A stretch of 64,000 bases of DNA from Bacteroidota bacterium (GTDB taxonomy: Bacteria; Bacteroidota; Bacteroidia; AKYH767-A; 2013-40CM-41-45), in the NCBI GenBank assembly GCA_031367345.1, contig JANLPR010000117.1:9759-73758 (forward strand). The letters run 5' to 3'. Below, one piece after another: positions 38,221 to 48,039 of the stretch. The stretch's first letter is position 1; every line of letters starts with the position of its first letter. The notes beneath the pieces were generated by a model, which was not told where the DNA came from, searched no databases, and was given only the letters and a program-made list of their open reading frames with translations. A program made the translations under genes and the position numbers.

Positions 38221-39447
38221 ATGAAAATCTTAAAACTGAAAACGGTGAAATTGAAAAGTAGAATTTTGCCTTTGGTGTTACTTCTTTTTATTGGATTAAT
38301 TAATATCACAATAGCACAGGACACTTCTTCAACACAAACGCAAAGAAACGAGTTGAAGATTTTATCGCTGCAAGGCAATACTAAAAGTCTATTAACCGGC
38401 AGTGCAAGTTTTGATTTCTCATATGATGATAAAGCAGCTGTGAAAGGTAATTTTAATAGTGTTGGATTTAGTCCAATATTTTTATGGAAATTATCTGACC
38501 GATTGTTTTTTGAAAGTGAAGTTGAAATTGCAATTGACGGGGGAGAGACGGGAGTTGATTTAGAATATGCTAAGTTTTCTTATAGGATCAACAAGTACAT
38601 GAGATTAGGAGCAGGGCGAATGTTAACTCCATTTGGTACTTACTTAGAACGGTTACACCCAACATTCATTGAGCGATTTCCAAATGCACCACTCATGATT
38701 CATCATGAGGATGGAATGCATTCTATAGGGCCCAATGGCGCAGAGATGGGTGTTGACCTTCGCGGAGGGTTTCAATTAGGAGCAGCAAAAATGAATTATG
38801 CAATATATGTTTCTAATGGTCCAAAATTAAATGGGGATGAAGTAGGGTCTAATCCGGAAGGTACATTGGAGTATGAAAATTTTTACGACAACAATAATAA
38901 CAAAGCAATCGGTGGAAGAATTGGGTTTCTACCATTTTCAAATTCTTCTTTAGAAATTGGTTTTTCAGGCAATAGAGGAAAAGTTGGTTCAGTAAATTCT
39001 ATTTATGAAAAGACAGCTGCAACTGCATTTGCTGTTGATGTGTCCTATGTTAAATCTATCAGTGAATTAAAGAGCATAATAAATATTAAAGGGCAATATA
39101 ATTCTGTGAAAGTAGATGATGCAAGTTATGCGGATGCGAGCGATAGCACAGGTGTGGGAACTTATACTTTCAATAATCAAAGTAATGTATATTATTTACA
39201 ATTTGGTATTCATCCGGCATTTGTTGAAAATAATTTTTTCAAGAATCTTGAAATTCTTGGACGATACAATTCTGTTACATTGCCAAAGGAGGCATTCTGG
39301 GGCGGCGGAACTTCTACACGATATGATATTGGCCTTTGTTATTGGTTAAGTTGGAAATCAGGAATAAGATTTGCCTATGAAAATCAAAAGTCGCCGGATG
39401 GTTCAACGAGCGATATATTCCTAGTTCGATTTGCTACAGGATTTTAA
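38221..39447 (+). CDS. Outer-membrane beta-barrel porin
   Basis: Signal peptide, alternating amphipathic strands, DNNNNKAIGGRIG motif, terminal ATGF. Confidence 0.8.
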   Translation: MKILKLKTVKLKSRILPLVLLLFIGLINITIAQDTSSTQTQRNELKILSLQGNTKSLLTGSASFDFSYDDKAAVKGNFNSVGFSPIFLWKLSDRLFFESEVEIAIDGGETGVDLEYAKFSYRINKYMRLGAGRMLTPFGTYLERLHPTFIERFPNAPLMIHHEDGMHSIGPNGAEMGVDLRGGFQLGAAKMNYAIYVSNGPKLNGDEVGSNPEGTLEYENFYDNNNNKAIGGRIGFLPFSNSSLEIGFSGNRGKVGSVNSIYEKTAATAFAVDVSYVKSISELKSIINIKGQYNSVKVDDASYADASDSTGVGTYTFNNQSNVYYLQFGIHPAFVENNFFKNLEILGRYNSVTLPKEAFWGGGTSTRYDIGLCYWLSWKSGIRFAYENQKSPDGSTSDIFLVRFATGF

Positions 39448-39467
39448 TCATTCAAAAAACGGAAATT

Positions 39468-39740
39468 ATGAAAAATAAAAAAAATATTTTACTTGTTGTG
39501 GCAGCCACAATTTCAGTAATTGTAATAAATATTGGATGTTCAACTACTTCAACTTTAATAGCTGAAAAGAGTGGTGCAACACTTTGGGGCGAGAATTGTG
39601 TACGTTGCCATAATGCTCCATCACCTACAGACTATAACGATGATCAGTGGGCTATAATCGGGGAGCACATGAAAGTTAGAGCAAATATTACGGATGATGA
39701 ACAAAGCAAAATTGTTGAATTTCTAAAATCTGCAAATTAA
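39468..39740 (+). CDS. Small monoheme cytochrome c lipoprotein
   Basis: Basic N-terminus, hydrophobic stretch, lipobox NIGC, CVRCH heme motif and HM downstream. Confidence 0.85.
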   Translation: MKNKKNILLVVAATISVIVINIGCSTTSTLIAEKSGATLWGENCVRCHNAPSPTDYNDDQWAIIGEHMKVRANITDDEQSKIVEFLKSAN

Positions 39741-39744
39741 AATT

Positions 39745-40296
39745 ATGAAACGATTGTTCTTGTTTATCGCTATTCTATTTTCAATCGACCTTTACAGTCA
39801 GTCGGAAGGAGAAAAATTATTTAATCAAACTTGTATTGCATGTCATTCAATTGGACAAGGAAAAATAGTTGGCCCCGATTTGAAAGGAGTAGAAACTAGA
39901 CACACGATGAGTTGGCTAAAATTGTTCGTTACATCATCACAATCCATGATTAAAAAAGGGGATACTTCAGCAGTAAATCTTTTTAAGCAAAACAATGGAA
40001 TGATAATGCCTGATCAAAAGTTATCAGGGAAGGAAATAGAAAGTTTGATTGCCTTTATAAAGGAAAAAGGAGCAACGATTCAACCGGAAGCGAGTGCTAT
40101 GGTAGTAGCCGAAAAACTGCCTTCAACAGAGCACAATGATGTAGTTGAGAAGCAAAACAAATCAAATATTCTGCAAATAATCAGTTTTGTTCCCTGGGTA
40201 TCAATACTGATAATTGTCATATTATTAGCAGTTATTTATGTTTTGGCTGATGTGATACGCGCTATGAGTAAATTGGTAAAGTCTAAACGAGAATAG
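39745..40296 (+). CDS. Monoheme cytochrome c with C-terminal membrane anchor
   Basis: Signal peptide, CIACH, GPDL, IMP Met ligand, linker, TM helix WVSILIIVILLAVIYVL and a basic tail. Confidence 0.88.
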   Translation: MKRLFLFIAILFSIDLYSQSEGEKLFNQTCIACHSIGQGKIVGPDLKGVETRHTMSWLKLFVTSSQSMIKKGDTSAVNLFKQNNGMIMPDQKLSGKEIESLIAFIKEKGATIQPEASAMVVAEKLPSTEHNDVVEKQNKSNILQIISFVPWVSILIIVILLAVIYVLADVIRAMSKLVKSKRE

Positions 40297-40614
40297 CCAT
40301 AATTACTTGAACAAAATTGTTAAGTCGGCTTTATGAATGGAGGCGAATTGCGTCTAATGTTATGTTAGCTCATTTTATTTTTATTCTAGCTCAAGCAAAC
40401 GAGCATAATTCAAATTAGGTTTTATTTTAACGATAGTTGAATAAATGTTCATTTTCTTGTATTGTATCAATTTAAATTGTAAATTGGATATTAAAATTAA
40501 TGATTAAAGTCAAAAAATAGTTGAGTGAAAAACATTAATTGGAAAATACAAAAGATACAAGGTAGTATATTGATTATAGAAATAAATTAATTAAAAATTT
40601 TAATTTTTAAGATA

Positions 40615-41517
40615 ATGGTTATGAAAAAAATAAATATCAGGAAAATTCTTGTTCCTATTGATTTTACAGAAACGGCTGATGTAGCTTTAGCTGAGGCTAC
40701 ATCATTAGCGCTATTATTGAAGGCAGATCTTTTGTTGTTGAACGTTGTTGAATCTACGGGTTATAATTACTCAGTATTTGCAGCAACTGAAACAATTCCG
40801 CCATCATTGAATGATCTTGAAAGTAGAATAATAGAGAAGATGGATGGAATCAAAGGGCAGATCGTAAAGAAGTTTGGATTAAAGTGCTCCACTTTTGTAA
40901 TGTCCGGCCATATCCACACTGAGATTAATAGTTTTGCGAATAAGAAAAAAGTGGATTTGATCGTGATGGGAACGCATGGAGCTTCCGGTTTTAAAGAATA
41001 CTTTATTGGTAGCAATTCGCAACGTGTAATAACATTGTCTGATATTCCGGTATTAACTACACAACGGAAATCCAATAAAACCGGGTTTAAAAATATATTG
41101 ATTCCCTTAGACAATTCAATCCACAGTCGAGAAAAGGTGAATATTGCAATAGTGATTGCAAAATTATACAATTCAAAAATTCATTTGTTAGGATTGCCTG
41201 ATTCACGTGATAAAGTTGTGGTTGCCAAATTTAAAATTAAGCTGGCATCTGTTGAAAGGTTGATGGAGTCAGATGGTCTTGAATATGAAACTAAGATTGC
41301 TTATGGTGAAAATTTGGCAGATACAGCAATCAAGTATGCAACGAAAAGTAAGTGTGATTTAATTGTGATAAATACCGGACATGAATCAAAGATTACCGGA
41401 GTCTTCATGGGAGCTTTTTCTCAGCAAATTGTAAATCATTCGTTGATTCCGGTTTTAAGCTATAAGCACACTTACGGGCAATACTCAATAGATACTCCTG
41501 GATTTGGTATTATGTAA
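40615..41517 (+). CDS. Universal stress protein (tandem Usp domains)
   Basis: KILVPIDF, DLIVMGTHG..G, IGSN; second domain NILIPLD...DLIVI. Confidence 0.93.
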   Translation: MVMKKINIRKILVPIDFTETADVALAEATSLALLLKADLLLLNVVESTGYNYSVFAATETIPPSLNDLESRIIEKMDGIKGQIVKKFGLKCSTFVMSGHIHTEINSFANKKKVDLIVMGTHGASGFKEYFIGSNSQRVITLSDIPVLTTQRKSNKTGFKNILIPLDNSIHSREKVNIAIVIAKLYNSKIHLLGLPDSRDKVVVAKFKIKLASVERLMESDGLEYETKIAYGENLADTAIKYATKSKCDLIVINTGHESKITGVFMGAFSQQIVNHSLIPVLSYKHTYGQYSIDTPGFGIM

Positions 41518-41973
41518 TATTGATCATAGATTAAATTTTGTTTCATTTTAGTAGCGATTTGGTGCTTCCTACTAATGCCTCTTTGAAGTTTTCAACTGAT
41601 GCATTGCTGTATATTCTAGTTATTCAATATTATCCATTTGCAATCTAGACAAGTGAATTTATTTAAATATCTTATATTCAAACACTTGAGTAAGTTTGAG
41701 CAGCCGACGTTTTATGTCAATCAAGATTTTTAACAATTCGAATTGCTAATTTAATATTCTCAATTTGAGTGATATTCCGAATTTTTTTGAGATAAAATGA
41801 ATCATTATTTTTAGTATGTTTAATGAAGTAACATTCGTGTTGCTCGACTTGATATGTTCTCATATTCAAGTTGCGTTGTTTACATAAATTCAATACAAAT
41901 AAGTAAATCGGTTATCCTAGAAAAAGGACAGACTATATTCACTTATAAAAACTCTTTCTAATTTTTTACGGAA

Positions 41974-44900
41974 ATGAAAAATAACTCTACAGAAAAAAAA
42001 AGTCGCGAGAAGGTGAAAGTTAACGTAATTAGAAAGATATCATCTGCTGTAATTGCAGTTGAAGCAAGCGGAAGTTCAATAGCTGCAATAAATAATTTTT
42101 TCAAACAGCTACCTCATTTAGAGGACGCATGCATACTTATCAATACTCAGTTGAATGAAAAAAGCAGGAAAGAGTTAATTGAGATCGTAAAAAAGACTAC
42201 AGGAATAGAAGCAATAGGCAGTAGGTCAAGCAAAAAATATTTATCAGGTTCTGTTTCGATACTTGCAGAAAGTGGGAGGTTGAAATTATCGGGGTCAAAT
42301 TCAAAAGGTAGCAAAAAGCAACTTGTTAAAACGAATGAGGAGCTTGATTTTTTAAAGGATTGTCAAAGTAATTTTAAAAATTTTGTTGGGGTAATCTTGA
42401 AAGGAAATAAGGAGTTAGATGAAAAAAGCATTGCTCCATTTTTAAAAAGAGGATACAAGCTTATCATTCAAGATACGGTATATAAGAAAAGCATTCGTTC
42501 AAAACTAAACAAAGCTAATCAGCAAGAATTTATTTTACCCATAAATAAAATGGGCATTCGAATAAATGAATATTTAGGTGTTGAGTTAAAGGCAAAGAAG
42601 GCGAATAAAAAAGTGATTGTCAAAAATCATGGACCATTGTATGGTAATTATTCTGACATAATTGAGAACACCATCTTGCCATTTATTATCAGTAAGCCCA
42701 ATGGTGTATTGCTTGAGGTAAACAAAGCCGCTTGCGAATTATTCGGGTATTCAAAGGCGGAGCTTATCAAGAAAAAAAGAAATGAGATTATTTTAATGAA
42801 TGAGGATTTAAAGTTAAAGATGAAGGAAAGGAGTGAAAGTGGTTTTGTTAAAGGGGAGTTGATAGGGATAAGAAAGAATGGCACTCAGTTTCTGTTGGAA
42901 TTTACATCTAAATTTTTTAGTGGAAGCAATGGTGAAATAAATGTATGTAATACTTTGAATGATATCTCAGAGCAAAGAAATTCTGAATTAAATAGAAGGT
43001 TGCTTATGAGTAATACGCAGGAATCTTTTATTCTTATAGATAGAGAATTAAAAATTATTGCATATAATTCCGTCGTTGAGAAACTTTATGAAAGTGTATT
43101 CGGATTATTTATGAAAATAGGCGCATCTATTCTGGAATATTCAATTCCCAATAGGCGGTCAGTTTTGTTGAAGAGTTGTTTAGAGAGTCTTAAGGGAAAT
43201 AATAGGCAAACGGAATTTCAAATCGAGTATAAGAATGGAGAGAAGGGTTATTTTCAGATAAAGTTTAATCCGGCACGAAACGATAAAAATGAAATAATTG
43301 GTGTTGTTTTAACAGGGACAGATATTACTGAAATTCTTAAGGCAAAAGAAGTGCTACTAGCCAATGAACGAAGATTTAAAGCGATTGTAGAAAATGGAGG
43401 AGAGGCAATAATTATATTAGATAGAAAAGCGATTCCAATTTTTATTTCTCAAGGTGTGAATTTAACTTTTGGAAATGTATTACGTCCAATCTCAAATTGC
43501 AGTATTTATGAATTAATTTATGAAGAAGATTTAAAATTTGTCAAAGCAAAGTTCACTGAATCTTTGAGATCTCCATCAAAGCCAATTTATAATATCAGAT
43601 ATCGAATCATAAACAGTGCAAATAAATTGGTTTGGATAGAAAGTACATTTACAAATTTTTGTGATGACCCTGCTGTTGGAGGAGTAGTGAATAATTTTAA
43701 GGATGTATCTGAAGCAGTAGATTTAGAGAATAAAAGAAATGAATTGGCAGAAGAATTAAAAAGAAGAAATATTTTTATTGAATCTGTTCTATACAATTTG
43801 CCTATTGGCATTGTTGTGAATAATCTGAAAAGTAAAGACGTTACCTTTGTAAATGAAAGGTTTCGTGAAATGTTCAAATTGGATAGGGCTCAGCTGAGTA
43901 ATGGAGAAATCGACAAAACAAAACAGTTGAACATTGTACAGGGCCCGGCAGAAATCTTAAGAAGAATAGATTCGGTAATTGATCTTGCAGGCGATGGAAT
44001 TGTAAAATGGAATGAACTGGAAGTAGGAGCAGAAGAAGGAGGACAGAAAATTGTAAATGTTAAATCAATGACTTTGCAAGAACAAGAATTAGTTATCTCC
44101 ACTATAGTTGATGTTACAAAAGAATCGCAACAAGCGGCAGAAATTTATTTGGCAAAAACAAATTATGAAACGCTAATTAATGGAACAAGTGATTTAATTT
44201 GGTCGATTGATTCATCAATGAGAATCATTACAGCTAACCGTGCGTATATTGATTCCATCTGTAATTTGGTTAATCGTGTACCTAATGAAGGCGACTCTGT
44301 GTTATTGCCTGAGTTTGGGGTTGAGCTTCTGGAGAAATGGAGAGGATATTATTCTCGAGCACTAAGTGGCGAGTCATATTCTATCAATGAACAATATTAT
44401 GATCCAACATCTAAAAGAATGAGTTATGGGAAGATAGCTTTCAATCCTATCTTCAATTCTGATGGCACAATATTCGGAGTTGCTTGCTTTTCGAAGGATG
44501 TTACTGAAGATACTTTAAATTTAAAGGAACTAGAAAAGGTAAAGACGGATTTAGTTAACATTATGAATTCTTCCATTGATTTGATTTGTACAATTGATAG
44601 TGACATGAATTTTGTGAATGTAAGTGCCTCGATGGAAGCAATGCTAGGATCAAGTATAGATATGTTAATTGGAAAAAATATTTTAAATTTTATACATGAG
44701 AATGATCATCTAAAAACGATTAAGGTTGCTGAGGAAATTGTCAAAAGTTTGGATATAACTAATTTTGAAAATTTAGTACTAAATAGTGAAGGAGTTGCTG
44801 TGCCTGTAGTTTGGTCAGCTAGGTTGGACTATGTTGATCACCTTGTATATTGTATAGGAAGAGATGTAAAGGAAGTTAAGTTAAAAGAGATTGCTTTGAT

Positions 44901-46377
44901 TGAGTCTGAGAATAAATACAAAAAACTTTTTGAAAATAATCCTTGTCCAATGTTTATCTGGGATTTCGATACATTACAAATATTGGATACAAATGAAGAG
45001 GCGCTTCAGAAATATGGTTATACTAGACAGCAGTTTCTTTCACTTTCAATACGAGAATTGCGTCCAAGAGAAGATGTTCTAATGATTGAAGCAATTACAA
45101 AATCAAAGGAGATTTATATTTCTACCAATAAGAAAGTTTGGCGGCATATTAAAAAGAATGGTGAAATAATGTTTCTGGATATTAGTTCACATTTAATTGA
45201 AGACAACGAACGGACTTATGCGCTAGCCCTTTTAAACGATGTTACTGAAAAAATAAAAACAGAGGTACAATTAAAATTGATGGAATCTGTAGTTGTAAAT
45301 ACATCTGATTCTGTTGTGATTACTGAAGCAGATCCGTTTGATGAAAATGGACATAGAATTATATATGTAAATGAAGCCTTCACAAAAATGACCGGTTATA
45401 GTGACCAGGAAGTGATTGGAAAAACACCAAAATTATTACAAGGTGCAAAGTCTGATAAAGTTGCTTTATCGAAATTGAGTAAAGCATTGAAGAGATGGGA
45501 ACGATGCGAAATTACATTGATCAATTATAAAAAAAATGGTGATGAATTTTGGATTGAGTTATCTGTAAGTCCTGTTGCTGATGAAAAAGGGTGGTATACA
45601 CACTGGATAGCCATTGAGCGAGATGTTACAGAACGGAAGATGGCTGAATTAAGATTAGAAAAATTGAATGAACAATTGCATAAGCATTCACATGAATTAG
45701 CTATCTCAAATCAAGAGTTGGAACAATTTGCTTACATAGCTTCTCATGATTTGCAAGAGCCGTTGAGGATGGTTAGTAGTTTTCTAACTCAACTGGAAAA
45801 CAAGTACAAAGAATTGTTGGATGCTAAGGGAAGAAAATATATTCATTTTGCAGTGGATGGCGCATCAAGGATGCGTCAAATTATTTTAGACCTACTTGAA
45901 TATTCAAAAGTTGGAAGAGGGGTGGAAGAGCTGGAGATTGTAAATTTAAATCAAGTAATTGACGATGTGAAATTTCTTTTCAGAGAGCAAATTGAAGAAA
46001 AGAATGGACAGATTGATGTTGATAATTTGCCGGAGTTAACGACTCGGCGTTCTGCTGTCCAGCAAATATTTCAAAATTTAATTGGTAATGCACTTAAATA
46101 TAGCAAAGGTGATGTTGCTCCTCATGTTCATGTTTCAGTTATTAGTTTACCAAACGTTTGGAGATTCAAAATTAGTGATAATGGCATCGGGATTAATAAG
46201 GAGTATTTTGAAAAAATATTCGTAATTTTTCAGCGGTTACATAATAAGAATGAATATTCAGGAACAGGTGTTGGATTAGCTGTCGCGAAAAAAGTAGTTG
46301 AACAAATAGGGGGTTCTATTTGGATTGAATCTGAAGAGGGAGTAGGAAGTACGTTTTATTTTACCATTCCAAAATAA
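41974..46377 (+). CDS. Cytoplasmic multi-PAS sensor histidine kinase with a degenerate CheB-like N-terminal domain
   Basis: About eight PAS/PAC repeats, H-box ASHDLQEPLR, N/G1/F/G2 boxes (NALKY, DNGIG, FQRLH, GTGVGL); no TM helices. Confidence 0.92.
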   Translation: MKNNSTEKKSREKVKVNVIRKISSAVIAVEASGSSIAAINNFFKQLPHLEDACILINTQLNEKSRKELIEIVKKTTGIEAIGSRSSKKYLSGSVSILAESGRLKLSGSNSKGSKKQLVKTNEELDFLKDCQSNFKNFVGVILKGNKELDEKSIAPFLKRGYKLIIQDTVYKKSIRSKLNKANQQEFILPINKMGIRINEYLGVELKAKKANKKVIVKNHGPLYGNYSDIIENTILPFIISKPNGVLLEVNKAACELFGYSKAELIKKKRNEIILMNEDLKLKMKERSESGFVKGELIGIRKNGTQFLLEFTSKFFSGSNGEINVCNTLNDISEQRNSELNRRLLMSNTQESFILIDRELKIIAYNSVVEKLYESVFGLFMKIGASILEYSIPNRRSVLLKSCLESLKGNNRQTEFQIEYKNGEKGYFQIKFNPARNDKNEIIGVVLTGTDITEILKAKEVLLANERRFKAIVENGGEAIIILDRKAIPIFISQGVNLTFGNVLRPISNCSIYELIYEEDLKFVKAKFTESLRSPSKPIYNIRYRIINSANKLVWIESTFTNFCDDPAVGGVVNNFKDVSEAVDLENKRNELAEELKRRNIFIESVLYNLPIGIVVNNLKSKDVTFVNERFREMFKLDRAQLSNGEIDKTKQLNIVQGPAEILRRIDSVIDLAGDGIVKWNELEVGAEEGGQKIVNVKSMTLQEQELVISTIVDVTKESQQAAEIYLAKTNYETLINGTSDLIWSIDSSMRIITANRAYIDSICNLVNRVPNEGDSVLLPEFGVELLEKWRGYYSRALSGESYSINEQYYDPTSKRMSYGKIAFNPIFNSDGTIFGVACFSKDVTEDTLNLKELEKVKTDLVNIMNSSIDLICTIDSDMNFVNVSASMEAMLGSSIDMLIGKNILNFIHENDHLKTIKVAEEIVKSLDITNFENLVLNSEGVAVPVVWSARLDYVDHLVYCIGRDVKEVKLKEIALIESENKYKKLFENNPCPMFIWDFDTLQILDTNEEALQKYGYTRQQFLSLSIRELRPREDVLMIEAITKSKEIYISTNKKVWRHIKKNGEIMFLDISSHLIEDNERTYALALLNDVTEKIKTEVQLKLMESVVVNTSDSVVITEADPFDENGHRIIYVNEAFTKMTGYSDQEVIGKTPKLLQGAKSDKVALSKLSKALKRWERCEITLINYKKNGDEFWIELSVSPVADEKGWYTHWIAIERDVTERKMAELRLEKLNEQLHKHSHELAISNQELEQFAYIASHDLQEPLRMVSSFLTQLENKYKELLDAKGRKYIHFAVDGASRMRQIILDLLEYSKVGRGVEELEIVNLNQVIDDVKFLFREQIEEKNGQIDVDNLPELTTRRSAVQQIFQNLIGNALKYSKGDVAPHVHVSVISLPNVWRFKISDNGIGINKEYFEKIFVIFQRLHNKNEYSGTGVGLAVAKKVVEQIGGSIWIESEEGVGSTFYFTIPK

Positions 46378-46381
46378 TATT

Positions 46382-47587
46382 ATGGAAGAAGCTTCATTAC
46401 CAAACAACGAAAAAGAGAGATTGAAGAATCTTGAGAGTTATGAAATTTTAGATACGGTTCCCGAGCATGAATATGATTCTCTTCTTCGAATTGCAGGAAT
46501 GATTACGGGGATGCCGATTGTCTTGATGTCACTCATTGATTCAAAGAGGCAATTTTTTAAATCGAAAATTGGGTTAGAAATAAGTGAAACACCTAAAGAA
46601 TATTCTTTTTGTTCGCATGCATTAAACACTCCCAACGAAATGTTTATAGTTCCAGATTCGAGAATGGATTTAAGATTTCATGATAACCCATTAGTAACCG
46701 GAGAGCCACATGTAATTTTTTATGCAGGCATGCCTTTAGTTTCTTCAGAAGGTTACCCATTAGGGACGCTTTGTGTAATCGATAATAAGCCCAATGAATT
46801 GGATCAGGACAAAAAGGACGCGTTGGTCGCCTTGGCATCGCAAGTTGTTCGACTATTGGATTTAAGAAAGAAAAACAAATTACTAACAGAGGCACAAGTT
46901 GCAATAGCATTTCACGCACAACAAATGGAAGAGTTTGCATATATTGCTTCCCATGATTTCAAACAACCATTGAGGATGATCAACTCTTTTATGAATTTAC
47001 TTGAAAAAAATTATGGTCATCAACTCGATTCAAAAGCATTAAAGTATATCAGATTTGCACAGGAAGGTTCATTTAAAATTAATAAGTTAGTCGATGAATT
47101 ATTAAATTATGCGAACGTAGGAATCGGGTCAGAATTGAAGGGAAAAGTGAATATGAATGATCTGGTGAAGGAGATAATTGAGTTAAACGATCCTACTTTA
47201 ATTGGTGAAAAAGGAGTAATTACTTTTACCGAATTACCAATTATAGATTCATTCATAGTTCCACTGAAGATAGTTGTTCGAAATTTGATTTCAAATTCTA
47301 TAAAATATTCAAATAAACAGAGGCAATTAAAAATATTGCTTCGTTCAAATGAAATGGAAAGTCATTGGCAATTTGAAGTTCAAGACAATGGTATCGGAAT
47401 CCCTAAAAGCGAATTAATTTCAGTGTTTGATACTTTCAAAAGACTAGGCAATGGAGATGAAATTGAAGGATCTGGATTTGGTTTGGCAATTTGTAAGCGT
47501 ATAGTAAATAAACTTGGAGGAGAAATTTGGGTTGATTCCTTGGAAGGAAGTGGGAGTAGTTTTTATTTTACAATTCCAAAAAATTAA
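46382..47587 (+). CDS. GAF-domain sensor histidine kinase
   Basis: FCSHA, RFHDNPLV, FYAGMPL, GTLCVID GAF motifs; ASHDFKQPLR H-box; GSGFGL. Confidence 0.92.
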   Translation: MEEASLPNNEKERLKNLESYEILDTVPEHEYDSLLRIAGMITGMPIVLMSLIDSKRQFFKSKIGLEISETPKEYSFCSHALNTPNEMFIVPDSRMDLRFHDNPLVTGEPHVIFYAGMPLVSSEGYPLGTLCVIDNKPNELDQDKKDALVALASQVVRLLDLRKKNKLLTEAQVAIAFHAQQMEEFAYIASHDFKQPLRMINSFMNLLEKNYGHQLDSKALKYIRFAQEGSFKINKLVDELLNYANVGIGSELKGKVNMNDLVKEIIELNDPTLIGEKGVITFTELPIIDSFIVPLKIVVRNLISNSIKYSNKQRQLKILLRSNEMESHWQFEVQDNGIGIPKSELISVFDTFKRLGNGDEIEGSGFGLAICKRIVNKLGGEIWVDSLEGSGSSFYFTIPKN

Positions 47588-47592
47588 AAGAC

Positions 47593-48039
47593 ATGAATGA
47601 AGTTCACATTTTACTTGTCGAAGATAATGAAGGCGATATCTTCCTTACTACAGAAGCTTTAGAAGAAGGCAAGATTGTAAATAAGGTAAGTGTTGCCAGA
47701 GATGGAGAAGAAGCAATAGATTTCTTGCTGAAGAAAGTAAAGGTTGGTATTTCCGAATTACCCGATTTGATATTGCTCGATGTAAATCTCCCTAAAAGAA
47801 ATGGACAAGAAGTATTACAATTTATAAAAACAAATCAAAACCTAAAACATATACCGGTAATTATTTTAACAACCTCTTCTTCGGAAAAAGATATTGTTCA
47901 GTCTTATACGAATCAAGCGAACTGTTTTATTACTAAGCCGGTTGAGGTAGATAATTTTCTTAAAGTAGTCAAGAGCATTGAGAATTTTTGGATTTCAATA
48001 GTTACGTTGCCAACAAATACAAATGGAAAAGCAGGATGA
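47593..48039 (+). CDS. Single-domain response regulator (Rcp1-like)
   Basis: LLVEDNEGD, LLDVNLP, LTTS, FITKP, C-terminal FW. Confidence 0.93.
   Translation: MNEVHILLVEDNEGDIFLTTEALEEGKIVNKVSVARDGEEAIDFLLKKVKVGISELPDLILLDVNLPKRNGQEVLQFIKTNQNLKHIPVIILTTSSSEKDIVQSYTNQANCFITKPVEVDNFLKVVKSIENFWISIVTLPTNTNGKAG

Noticed and set aside
41518-41973. Long AT-rich intergenic region as a possible sRNA or gene remnant
   Set aside because: No convincing ORF, hairpin with U-tract or repeat was found by eye.
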